A model generated the notes under the pieces. It had not been told where the DNA came from and made no database searches. It saw only the letters and a list, made by a program, of their open reading frames with translations. 64,000 nucleotides of DNA, from positions 39,868,001-39,932,000 of the forward strand of contig NC_045697.1 of the NCBI RefSeq assembly GCF_009834535.1. Direction: 5' to 3'. Both the position numbers and the translations under genes were made by a program. Shown piece by piece: positions 12,701 to 26,300 of this stretch. The stretch is from Camelus ferus (lineage: Eukaryota). Numbering within the stretch: position 1 is the stretch's first letter; every line of letters starts with the position of its first letter.

Positions 12701-15700
12701 GCACATTTGGAACATTCCCCCGCTAAACTGTGGGGGAATTTCCCAGCCTTCCATCCCCAGGATGAGCAGGGCTTTTATGACATGCATGGAATGAACACCC
12801 TGGCACCATGCTAATCATCGGTCAGTGAAGACACTGATAAAGATACTGGATGCTCTGGACATGAGTAACCATCAGTATCTGGCCTGGTGGGCACAGTTCT
12901 GGCCTAAATGACTCATTCTCTGGAGGTCTTCTGAAGACCCCTCTTGGCTGTGTAAGACCATTCATCTGGAATATTCTTTCTGACTCTGGCCCAGACCCCA
13001 ATGATCCAGGCCTCATAGGACTGCATGGGGAAGCTGTTTCACTCCTCTGACTATGGTCCTCTGGACCCTGCTGATCTCAGCCCTGAACTGCAAACAAACT
13101 CAGTATCCCCAGAGTCATTAAGAAAGAGGGCACTTCATCTTCATGTATTCTTCTTGAAATGGGGGGGGCCTTGACAAATATTCTAACTTCGCCTATTAGA
13201 GTCAAAGGACAAAACAGGACCCCTTCAAGATTTCTTCTGTCGCTGGTTCAGTATTTCTAGGAATTCTCTTCATAAGTGGCAAGCTCATTACAATACACTT
13301 TCCCTGAGTTCTTCAGTAAATTTCTCAATTTTTCAATACCTGAATTATTTTTTGATTAATCTGTCATTTTTGTACAAAACGTTTAAAGATAGCCAAGAGC
13401 AGGCGTCACTTTTTAGCAGTAGGTCAGACTTTTTTTTTAAGAAGTATGATGGATCAGGCACTTTGATTTACTGAAAACAACCATAAACATGGGATACACT
13501 GTAAACCAACATTTTTTGGTGCAATACTGATTTTGTAAGTAGATATTTAATAACTAAGTTAAAAGTTAAATAGTTAAAAACTAAGTAAAAGTGGCCTTGA
13601 GAGTATTTGCCAAACCTGGTGAACTTGAACTTCCGTTTCCAATAGCTGGGGCTTTCAGGAAAGGAGACAAAGCTCAGTTTCTGCTCAAGTAAGGGAACCT
13701 CACCTCGTCAAAACTAAACCATCAGAGCAAAACTAGAAATGAACAAGCTGTTTCCTTCACTCCTGCATCAACCTGTCTCCACCTTGACTCCAAGACCCTG
13801 AGGCAAACTGTACTTACAATGGTGCTGAGTTGGGAAAAAAATGTCGCCTACAGGATAATTACAAAAGTGCTCTCCGGAAAATTCACACTCCAGATTCATA
13901 CCACCTGGAGATCTAAAAAGCTTCAAGCCAAAGTTTTAATCTTTCAATTAAATGCTAATCTTTAAATTAAAGACTAATTTAATAGTACCAAACTGGTGAT
14001 GTCTCCCAGGAGCCTGGCAGAAGCAATTCTCCCTAAAGAGACCCAGCCCTGAAAGAATTCCAAAAGATATAAGTTCCAAGGAAAATGAGCAGCACACAAG
14101 CACTCACACACACACGCACGCACATGCAGAGTCACAAAACATATGATAATGAAGGAGCAGTGAGCAAGAGTCAGCAGAAACAAGACAGCAAAAACGGACC
14201 AGCAAAGCCTTCCTGCCCTGTGTCTATGATGTAAAGGTCCTTGCTCTGGCCTTCCTCCAGCCAACCCCCTTCCCAAAAGGGGTCTGCAGGGTCAAGGAGA
14301 CCTGTCTACATGCAGCCCACACATCCCCTTCGAGACTGAGCTCCAGAACCCAAAACCTGGAAATCCCTACCCAGATGTCTCCAAGTCAGCTCCAGGACCT
14401 GCACAGGCCTCTCCGGCCACTGGCTCTCTGGGGAGCGGCCGTGTCATAGGTGAGCGCACCCCAAGGCTCCAAGATTGGCTAAGGGGCGGCTGTTGCAGGA
14501 GGTGGGGACAGAAAAAAGACACATGGACCGAGGTGCCCACAACTGAGCACGTGACGCCCCTGGTGTAGGATAAAACCAAGGCAGGAAAAGAAGGGCAGTG
14601 CAGCTGAGCCTCAGCATTCAGTGCAGGACTCTGTAAAGACTCAAGATTTCTAAATTCAAACCTGGCCTCCCTTGTCATTAGGAAGGTTTATTTGTCAAGG
14701 TGGAAGGATAGCATATTTCATTTCATTCAACAGGCTGTCAGCTAGATTTCTAACCTTTAGACATGCAGTTTATGGGCCTCTGTTTGTACTCTTCCTCTGG
14801 TCCTGGCTATCATCTGTTAGAAGACTATCTAGGGCAGCTTCTGGGGCCAAATCAGGCCCTCTGCTTATTTGTAAAGTCTTACTGGACACAGCCACGCCCA
14901 TTCATTTTCATGTACTACCCCGAGTGCAACAGCTGCACTTGGTGGCAGAAACCATGTGCCTCACAAAGCCTAAAATATTTACCATCTGGTCCTTTCCAAA
15001 AAGAAGCCCTGCTGATCCCTGATTTAGGGTGGTAATTTAAAACCTTAAAGGGAAAAAAAGGTTTAAAACAAAACACATGGAGTAAAGATTATAAAGGAAT
15101 GGACTGACAAATTCATATTAAAATTAAGAACGTGAGTTCATCAAAAAATACCAAGACAAGCTACAGACTGGGACTTGATATTTGCAACACATACAACTGA
15201 CAAAGGACTAGTATTCAAAATAAAAAGAACTCCTATAATTGATTAAAAAAAAGCTGAATACATTTAAAATGGGCAAAAGGACAGGCATTTTACAGAAGAG
15301 GAAATAAACACTACAATTACAAACATGAAAATATGCTCTAATGCATTAGAACCAGGGAAATACAAATAAAATCATAATTTGGCACCATTTCAATATGGTA
15401 CCAAAAATATTTTCCAAATTTTAAAGTCAGAGATGGAGCAGTAGAATTCTTATCATCTCCTGGAGAGGATTTCAACTGGTCCAACCACTTTGGAAGACAG
15501 TTAGTCACTACCAATAAAGAACAACACAGGCACATCCTCCAACCCATCAGTCCTAAAATTAGGTGTGGGAATTGAAAACTAACTCTTGACATGTGAACAC
15601 CAAGAGGTATGTACAAAAATGCTGACAGCAGCATGTTTTCTCATAGAGGAAGCCTCCCCTAAAAAAGAATCGCAAACAGCACATACTGTACATCCATCAG

Positions 15701-18700
15701 TACTGGAATGGATAACTGTGGTAGATTCACACTGTGGACTAGGACACAAACGTGAAAACAAAATAAACACAGGCATAAGTATTAATCTGGATGAATCTAT
15801 AACAACAAAATGTTGTGTAAGCAGCATGTATTCCATTCATATTATATTTTGAAAACAGCAAAATTAAACAGCATAGTACCTAGAGACATATAAAGTCATA
15901 AAATAATAGAGAAGAGCAAGGAAATGATTCATCCAAAATCCAGGACCCAGCAACCTCCTCAAGGTGAGGGGACACAATCTGTGAGAGGACGTTTTCTTTT
16001 TAACGTGGGTGCTAATTACACTGATACTTGTTTTACCACTTTTCTTTAAGCCATACATAGCTACTATACACAATCCTTTATATGCATGACTTACTTCACA
16101 AAAACCACAATTTTAAAAATAGTGATATAAACTTAATGTTTTATAAGCGTCTGCTTAAGATTCAAGCCAGGTGAAATCAAGGAAAATAAAAATATATGGG
16201 TTTCTAAAAGAACCCTTACCCTGTGCAGCTTTTTTAACATTTCTAGCAGAGCTTTAATGTGACAGTTATTCTCAGCACTTTCATTCCAATAATGCAGTTG
16301 AGCAACGATGGCGTTTTTAAACATCTGGACCAGTGTGATGAAAGTAGATTCTTGCAGAGAAGCCCAATATTCCTCTGAGGGATACAAAGGTAAACAATTG
16401 TTAGCATGTAATGTCTCTTGGATTCTTAAACGTAAAAAGTGGTCAATATTTTCTAAAACTGATAGAATATTTTCATATATATCACAGTTAAAAAGGCATA
16501 TTTATAATAAAAATTTCAGTGAATACAACTGCAATTAAAAGTTTAGAATTTAATGTCCTTGAAAAAATTCCTTAACAGTAATAGAACCACAAACTTGGTC
16601 TAATTAATTCGTGGAGGGGAAAACAGACAAAATTAGTCACTTTCTTTGCCTGGATGAAATAGCATACAGTATTGAAAGCCAGATTAAGAACTACTTGTGA
16701 TTACATGACTCTTTTTCTGCACTCCCACCATGAGTTTCTAACTCTTAAAAACCGTATTTTCAACTCTTAAAAACTGTATTTCTGAGGGAGGGTATAGCTC
16801 AGTGGTAGAGCACATGTACAGCATACACGAGGTCCTGGGTTCAACCCCCGGTATCTCCATCAGAAAAACAAAAAGAAAAAAAATTTATAAACCTTATTTC
16901 AGCATTGTTAAATAACAAAAACTACTTTAAACTGGCTTTTTATCACTTAACACTGTTATCTAAACTTAATAAAACGTAAGAAAGAATGGACTTCCTTGGG
17001 CTGAATATGCTATTTGTGTAAAAAAAAAAAAAAAACTCTCATTAAAATCTAATCAAGCCTCTAGACCCATCTTCCAGTGTTGGAAATACCTGGAAAAGGG
17101 GAAACAGACAGACAAATCTAGATGTGGGACACTGTACAGGACAACTGACCTGGGCTCTTTTTTTTTTTTTTTTAAAGAAGGTTGTAATATACTTTTGAAG
17201 ACAAGTGCAGAAATTTGAATATGACCTAGATAATAGGTAATATTTCTGAATTATGGCTAATTTCATTAGATGTGATAACGTCAATGGAATGCATGCAGAA
17301 TTATTATGGGTGAAATGTCATGATGTCTCCAACTCACTTTCAAATAATTCAGCCAAAATAAAACCTGTACTATCTGTAATCTGTACAGAGAGAGGAAGTA
17401 CACACACGTAACAGCAATGTTAACTGCTGCTGACTCTCAGGCAGAGAATGTCTGAGATCCACTGTACTTGTCTTTCAACGTCTGTACATGAAGTTTTTCC
17501 TAATGAAAAGCAGGGGACAAAGGACCTCATGACCAAGCCCCACATGTATCATTTCAAGAACACTAAAGAGGTACTAGCACAGTCTACCTTGGATGACCAC
17601 AGTAACCATTACAGCATGTTCAGAATATGCTAGAATATGAACTACAAAGCATGAATGTGTTTGCAATTATCTACCTAAGTTTTGCCATAACTTTATTTGG
17701 CCTGCGTTTCCATTGAGGACATTCATGTATATTCAAATGTAAATCATCAGTCTTACCCAGAACCCTTGATGACTGACCACTCATTTTACAAACAGCCTCA
17801 GCAAACGGAACCACCAGGCTCTCCCAGTTGTTATAATCATGCATCACGGGACATTCTGGGAGAAGGAAGAAAACTGCTAAAGCTTCTTGGTGTGGAGAAT
17901 GAAATGGAAGACTTTTGATCAGATTTTCCCTGAGACACGTGGTTATCTGTGGTCAAAAAGGATCAGGGAAAAGACTACTCAAAACACAGCAGGAACTGGG
18001 TGCAACTTACCTGTAATAAAATGAAGCGTAGAACCTGGACTTTCATTCCACCCATGAAACTGGAACAGCCATTTATAGTTTTTCTAAAACCCATGTTTAC
18101 AGCCCATCCTACCCAGCCTCCCAAATACCTAAGGTGTAGGTATGTGACAAGTATTTTCCCATCTAATTATTGGGGTCCATGAAGGAAATCAAGAAATCAC
18201 ATGTGCAAGATTCTGTTGGATGAACAACAGATTCAGAACTAAAAGCAGACCTCCCAATAATATTACACATTCTACCCTCCAATTCCACTTTCACACCCCA
18301 ATTTTTAAAGAGGAAAAATGTGTCAGAACCCAAAAAAGCACAATATAAAAACCAAAACCAAACAAAAAGCAACAATGAAAACTAACATGGTCTCCTATTA
18401 TCTTCTCACAGAATCAGCTGTCTCGTCACAGACTCTCTCCACCAAACCCTAGTTTCCAGCCCTTCCACTCTCCTTATAGTTTCCCCAATTCAAAATGCAA
18501 GTGTTCACGAAAAAAAATTCAAATGGAATTCTGAATTTGTATTTGTTACGTGGGCTCAGATAACTAATAATTTGCCTAAAAGCCCACTGAGATAAACTAG
18601 TGTTTACACAGCACATCTTATTTGTCAGACACTGTGCTAAGTAAGTCACATATATTAGGTCACTTATCCTTAACAGAGATGGTATTGTTAACCCAAATTT

Positions 18701-21700
18701 ATAAATGAGAACTCTGCACGTCAGAGAAATTAATGAACTCAGGGTCATAGAGCTGAGTGAGACTCTCTCCTGGGTCTTTCTGACTCCAAAGCTCAAACTC
18801 AATCACTAAATTATGAGATACTAGTTAAAATTCTTGTTATTTGTTTTTATATCAGAACATTATGTTGGGCTGCCACTACAAGGCTCAGTCTTCAGAGTTA
18901 TGCATACCTGACAACTCCACCAGAACCCATCCCAATGGCAGACACCCCTCCTTCCTCTTTGCTCTTCTTCATCCACATCCCCGCACCTCCCCACCCTTCA
19001 GAACCACTGCAGTTCTCTCCAGCCAGTTACCCTGCGTCACACCCTGGGCCCTGGTGCACACCTCCATTACTGCCTGGAATGTCCTTCCCTGGAGGCACCT
19101 GGTAAACTCCCACTTGCCCTGGGCACCTTGTTTTGAGTACTCTTAAGTGGAGCTGACCACTCCCTACCCTAGTAATGACTACATTTATTCACCCCCCAAA
19201 AATTTATTTTGACCCACTAGGTTCTAAGCTAGGCTCTAGGGGAGACAGCGGAGTGTGAAACACACCCAGTCTTCACGCTGACACCCGCACGGAGGTACCT
19301 GCCTCCCTTACCAAACCATGAGCCTCTAAGGAACGGGAGCCTGCCTCTCTCCTGCTTCATCAGGAGTCTCATCTCGGGGCCCTACACACAGCAAGGATTC
19401 GGACGCTTGCTGAATAAATGAAGGAATGCCCGAAGTCCGTGAATCCATATCACAGACATCTCAAAATAGAAAGAAACATTACAGGTCTTCTGATCCAACT
19501 ACCCCGTCTGAAACAACGGGGGACTGCTCTACAATTATGTCACTTGCACCTTATATGACACTGCTCCAGCACCACCAAGGTACAATCAGCCCTACTGATG
19601 AACTGGTCCAACCTCTTCCTTCACGGATGCAGAAATGGCCTGTTTTTGGTGATCTTTCCACTGAGTGCTGCAGAGCCCTGATAAAGGTGTATAATTAGGG
19701 ATCCACTTTACCTCTGACTCCTAATTGGGCAGTGGTTCTGCCAAAGTTAACATAACTAAACTTTCCAACTTCCCTTGAGAGAAAAGAGTGTGTGTAAGAG
19801 AGAGAAGTTGCAGCTGAGATACAGATGCTGCCTGTGACAGACAGAGTAAGAGGGCAGTGGGGGCAGGTGAGGGCGCCGAGAGCAGGGAGAGAGCCAGCGT
19901 GAGAGGAGAGGGAGAGAGAGGGAGACCCAGAAGCAGAAGGGAAGACCAAATGATGAGGGAGGGGGAGAGGGGGCAGGGGAGGGAAGAGAAGTGAAGGAGA
20001 GAGAAAAAAAGAACCAGAGCAAGACCTAGAAACAGACTGAGAGGATAACATGGAAAGTATCATCCCCCAGACCAATCAGTACAGTAGAACAGGAAAATAA
20101 ATTAATAAAGGCTGCATCAGAAAGGGCTGCATTAACAAAGGAAGCATGTCTGAGGCATCTCCAAGTGGGAAGCCCAAAGACGGTAGTAACAGTGCTGAAA
20201 CAAAGAAGCAACAATCCCAGAATGAAGATCGTTCTGGAAGCCACAGAAAAGGAGTGCGATGCAGCAAATCACAGGGAAGAATCCGGCAGCCCTTGGTGAG
20301 GGGGACATTCACATCAGAAAAAGTGTTCTCATTTCTACACTTATATTAAAATAATTGCAAATAAAATGTTCTTATCCTAGTGGACCAGTCTCAACAAATG
20401 TTTTCATCACCTTCCTAAAGCCGAGTTGGAAACACTCCTTCCAGGAGCGTGCACACACGTGTATGCGTGTGCGTGTACAGATGAGCTCTGTAGACTGCTT
20501 GTAGCCCACGTGCCAACCATATCAACTACTCCACCCTAAGTGGGCAAGCCCTGAATGCTATCGGAGCTTAACTGAACCTGGATACGCCACAGGGTCTCAG
20601 AGAATCTCTCAAAACACAGTATTTCTTCTGAAATTTTGAGTTCTTATAAAAATGTTTCAATGTATTTTCCTTTTCTAAATAACAATCCAGGGAATACCAC
20701 CGTGTTAGTAATCCAGTCCTTTTGGGTTAACTTCTTAAAGATGTTTCTTGCTATATTTAAGTCCAAATGAATAGACACCATTTCTCCAGCTATTCTGTGG
20801 AAGGAAGATAAATGAAAACGAGATGAATAAGTAAATGAAAAAGGATACTTCAAAATTAAATATTTTATTAGATTATCTATCCAGATGAAAAGTTTTTTCT
20901 AAAGCTTACTTCATCTTAAAAAATTATTTTTCTCAGCTTTACAATAACTAAAAAAATTTGGCTGAATATGAAAACAATTGAAAATGTAGCTGACAACATA
21001 TGATTATTTCTAAAATGTCAAAAAATATCAAGGCTTCATTAACAATATGTTTGCTATCTGACTTTAACTCACATGTTGTCTTAACTTAAATGAGTAATCA
21101 ATAAATATTTATTTTCCAATGAAAAAAAGGTAAGTTTTTCTCGCTTCTGAAAAAAATGATCATTTCTCCCAGTTACACGAACTATATAAGCGGGGACCAA
21201 AAAAGGGGTTTCAGAGCAGTAAATTCTTAGTATTCCAATAAAAAAATTACTAATGAAATATCTAAGTATCTTAAGCCAAGAATCATATCTATACTATACT
21301 GAATATACTGTCTAAAAATAGACACATTATTCGTAAAATAATACATATATTCAGTGTCTAGAAGTAGAAAAATTCTTTTAAATAAATATTATACCAATAT
21401 TTAGGAAAAGAAGTACAAAACCATTCTTTCATAATAGTTAAAAATTCAAAGAAACCTTAGTATCTTACAATAAGGAAATAATCAAATTAAGGTACATCCT
21501 TCCCATGGAATACCACGCAGCCATTAAAATAATGTTACAGGAAAATACTGAACAATATGGAAATTGAATAAAATGGAAAATGGGCAAATATATTAAGTGT
21601 AAAGCCATGTATAAAACAATATAACCCCATTTTTGTAAAAGAACACATTTGCATAGAAAAATATACATATATATACATGCTAGCTATTACACTTAAGTGG

Positions 21701-23298
21701 TGAATTCTGGCTGATTTTCATTTTCTTTTTGTTTCATATCTGTATTTTTGATATTTTCTACAGCAAGCATATGTGTGCTTTTGTTAAAAAAAAGTAATTT
21801 TTAAAAACAGATAAAGACATAGATAATTATTTTACCATCAAACCTTTTTTTTTAAACATTTTTTTAAAAATTGGGATATAACTGACATATAACATAATCT
21901 AGTTTCAGGTGTGTACAACATAACGCATTGATGTATGTATAGTATATATTGTGAAATGATCGCCACACAGTTATAAGTTTTTTTTCCTTGTGATGAGAAC
22001 TTTTAAGATCTATTCTCTTAGCAACTTTCAAATATACAATATAGTATTATTAACCACGGTCACCATGCTATCTATACATAGTGTTTTTAACAGAATTTTA
22101 ACTTTACTATATATATTACCTTTCCCTTAAAAAACTTCCAGTCAGACACGCAGTAGATGAAAATATCTCTCTGATTTCCCTAGATCAGGAATAAAATGGT
22201 GGTTAAAACAAATCAGAGTATGACTCCTTACAGCAGGAAACAGGATAATAAAACATCTTATAATTGTCATTCAAAATTCTTCCTCTATCTCTGATTTATT
22301 TGCATATTGCCATGGGCATCTGAAAGTCTATTTCATTTGCTAAATATCAAAATTTCAGAGGCAAACATGGGGAATAAAAAGATATGTACTCAGAGAAACC
22401 ACAGGGAAAGAAAAGAAAGAAGGCTTGACCGAGGGTCAGTGTTTTCTTGGACAAATAAAACATTCCCAACCCACCTGGCTTTCCAAGCCCTATTTATTTC
22501 TATTCCACTTAGGTGGAAATAAAAAAAATTATCAGAAACAAAACGGAGGGAGGTACACTCAGGGCCACCTTAGAAGTACCTGCATCAATAGTTCTCTATC
22601 ATTTATGCTCTGCAAGTTATGATGCAGGCATTTCTTATAACCACATTCCAGAAATAGAAAGTGATACCTAAAAATGTCTCTAAAAGGAAAGACCTGTAAA
22701 AATGAGAATAACCTTTACAGGTGGTAGGAATTCTCTCATTTAGAGCAAGGTTGCCCAAGCTGTCCACCTGTAAATATTAGCTCAACAAACAAGAAGTTCC
22801 AAAATCAAACAGGGCTGGAAAACTGTAGGCTCTATTTCCTGCTCAAAGTCACAATTACGCAAACACATCAAAGGCCCAGAGAAGTCCTGCAGTAAAGAAA
22901 GCTGCCCTCATGGAGCTTACATGCTAGTTGTGACGGTTAATTGTATGTGTCAACTTGGCCAGTCCGTGGTACCTAGAGATTTGATCAACCATCAATCTAG
23001 ATGTTGCTGTGAAGGTGTTTTTTAGATGAGATTAACATTTAAATCAGTAGACTCTGAGCAAAGCAGATTATTCTCCATAACGTGGGTGAGCCTCATCCAA
23101 TCAGTTGAAGGCCTTAAGAGAAAAAGTCTAAGGTCTCCAGAGAAAGAGGGAATTCTGCCTCCAGACTGCCTTGGGACTCAAGCTGCAATATCAACTCTTC
23201 TCTGGGTCTCCAGCCTGCTGTCCTGCCTTACAGATTTTGTACTCACTGCCAGCCCCTACCACTGCATGAGCAATTCCTTAAAATCTCATTCTCTCTCT

Positions 23299-23346
<48 letters not shown>

Positions 23347-26300
23347 CTGATTCTGTTTCTCTGGAGATCTCTAACTAATGGACCACTAAAATCTTGCATC
23401 TCTGCAGTGTGCAGAACCAGCTAGGGAAACAATGCTCTAGAGAGCTATATGAGCAGACCGTCAGACACATGGAGTGTACCTTTTTGTATTTTGCCACCGT
23501 TTAGTCCCCACATCAGCAATCCATCTCTTCACAGTGCCTTCATTCAAGGTAGGAATTTTCCTCTTCAGATTAACATAGGAATTCTAAACAAAAAAGTAAA
23601 ATATAGTAATTTAGACACAACAGAAATAGGTATCCAACTTTCAGGCACCTTCTAAGGAGAGTGATACTCACAAGTTGGATAATATAGCTCTGGAAAATCA
23701 TGAAGGAAGATTCTACCAAGGTGCAATCAATCATTTGCCTGGTTGCCAATTTCTTGCCCAAGGAGGCTTAGATTCAAAGTAAATTTCTCTGAATGCCCCA
23801 ATACTCACTTTATACAGGTATAATCAGATTAAACCGAACATGAGACAGCTTTGAGTGGGAAGATTCTAAAAGGACTGGGTACAGAAGTAGGAGGAATTCA
23901 GTTTGCCTTGGTGAAGTAGGATGAGGAGGTTATGTACTGTTTATTCAAAAGCCTATGAATCTTGCGTCTGTTTTTAGTACTAGCTGCAAAGTCACTTCAG
24001 AATGCCAACCTACTGGCTCACTAGAACCCTGACCAAAATGCCATTGGCAAGGAGCCTCCCAAAAGGTAAGCAGAGTCTAAGGAAATCACACTTATCTGAC
24101 ACACACTGAGGGCAAATCTGCTGACTTTCATGAGTAGTTATGTATGTAGTTTAGACAACAAAGGGTCAAGAATGTCTAGCCATCCCCCAGAAGTCAGCCT
24201 AGTAACCTGATGATTTTGAAGTTCACCAAATCTAGATTCTGGAACCTTCTGTTTTGCTTAAAATACATTATGAAATTTCTAAAGATCTATTTTTACCTCT
24301 TTTTCCATCCAAAGCAAAATGCTTTGATTCCCTCCAGCAATCATTATTAACTCCTTTTCTGAGGTGCGGCTTTCTGAAAGGGATTTACAAAAAATAAGAG
24401 TTTAGAAACTCATTTGGCACAAATATATACACCCAATCTAAATAATTTCAGATGCTTCTTAAATTTAGTCCTTTTATCTTTCTGACAAAGACTCAGTTCA
24501 CATCCATAAAGCAGAAATATGTATCTACTTTAGGGTGAAGTCTAGTTGGTAAACAGGTGATTTGTAAGGTTGACATGTGGTATCAGTTTAATACACATAA
24601 TTAATATAAATGCTTATCTATATAAAACACAGTCAAACAAGTATTTGACTAGTTAACTCTTCCCTGGTTTAATTCAGCTCCTGTTACTAAAAACCCTATT
24701 CTACAACTCAAGATTTAATCAATGACTATTGGCTGTGAAGAATGTAAGTACTTCAAAAGTCCATGTAAGTGGTTATAAGAAACCAAATATAATATATGAA
24801 CTGCTTAAGGAAATAACCCTACTATTCATTTCTCCAAAAGAACTGAGAGTTTGATACTCCGGGTTACCACTAAGCTTTCAGAAACAAGCAATCACAGTGC
24901 TCAGAGGCACTTGAATAGTGGAATGTTTCACAGCCAAGAGCTCAAGTTACACAGGGCACAGTTCAAATCGAGCCAAAGCACCAGGCAGGGGCTAATCCCG
25001 AACTCTCCAGGTCTCTGTACCCTCCAGTAAAACAGGACTGAGAGCACACACTTCCCAGAACTGTTTAAGGACAGGTGAGACAACACACGCAAGTACGCAG
25101 TACAGTTCCAGTGCCCGGCGTACGGCAGCTGCTCGGCACGTGGAGGGGTCTGTATCGCCGTGGGATTAACAGGGTCCCTCGCACGCTGGAACCAGAGGCT
25201 GCAAGGGCCCCTGGACCCACACAGTCTGTTTTATATTGTATCATTTTAAGTCCACATTAATCTTACTCTGAAGGGCTAAGAGAAAACGAATGGTCATTTT
25301 GACTTAAGGAATCAGATTGAATATTTTCAAGTTGTTTACAAGTACAAAAATGAGCCAATGCCTAGAAAAACTCCCTCCGTAGTCATACATCTTTTTTCTT
25401 GCACATTACACACTTGGAAAAATCAGTTTCTCAACAAAGGTATTTATGCCAAATCCTGTGCTCCTACAGGATTTACCAAATTTGAGCTCTTCATTTGATG
25501 ACAATTTCATGGGAAGTGGTATCAGCTGATTGTGTGTCCCACCGTTTCCCAGTTGTCCTTCTTTTCCAGAACCAAAAGAAAAGACCTTCCCCAAATCAGA
25601 AACAAAGGCAAGTGTGTGCCGCCTGTTAAATAAAAGCACATACAGTCAATTCTCAATGATCCACAGTGATGAGAGCACGCAGCTACATAGGTAACGGCAG
25701 AAATTAGGAGACCCAGTGAGTAAAACTAATTCACCAACTCCCAGTGGGTGAAATTAGCCACCTGGAAACTAAGAAATCACTATGTGTGGCTGAGACGATT
25801 TGGGAACCCTTAAGTCCTCTCAAGACCACCATGCTGCACCTTGGCAAATGATGTTCCCTTTGTCAGAACAAACACCTCCTCTTGTCTTCGACTCCTTTTT
25901 TAAGCCTTGGCTTGAGTCACCACCTCCTACAAGCCATCTCTGAGTCCATCCTCTCCCCATCCTAGAAGATGGAATTAGGTGATCCTCTCTGAACCCACAC
26001 TCTATTTCCCAAAGACGTTTATCTTACTGATTTGCCTGATGGCTGCTCCCACTACACAGATGTGTAAGTGAAGAATTTGGCCTCACTCAGAGGTCTGGCA
26101 AACTTTGTCCTCAGTTCCTGGGAGGTAATGTCTAAACTCTTAGAATTTCCCAAGGGACAGAAGTGTCTTTGTTATTCACTGTAGGCCAATAAGGCCACAC
26201 CTAATAGTTTACCCAGGGGGTCATGGAAGGCTCCTCCAGCTGTACATAAGCCCAACCTCTGGGCAGATGAGGCTGGAGACTGAGTTCAACCATATGGGCA

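Noticed and set aside
16784..16860. tRNA-like sequences with A and B boxes (five copies)
   Set aside because: Diverged copies with poly(A) tails and TSDs and no intact acceptor stem: SINEs, not tRNA genes.
23026..23424. 132-aa ORF with (HT)n repeat
   Set aside because: Translation of the MLT2-like LTR and its AC microsatellite.
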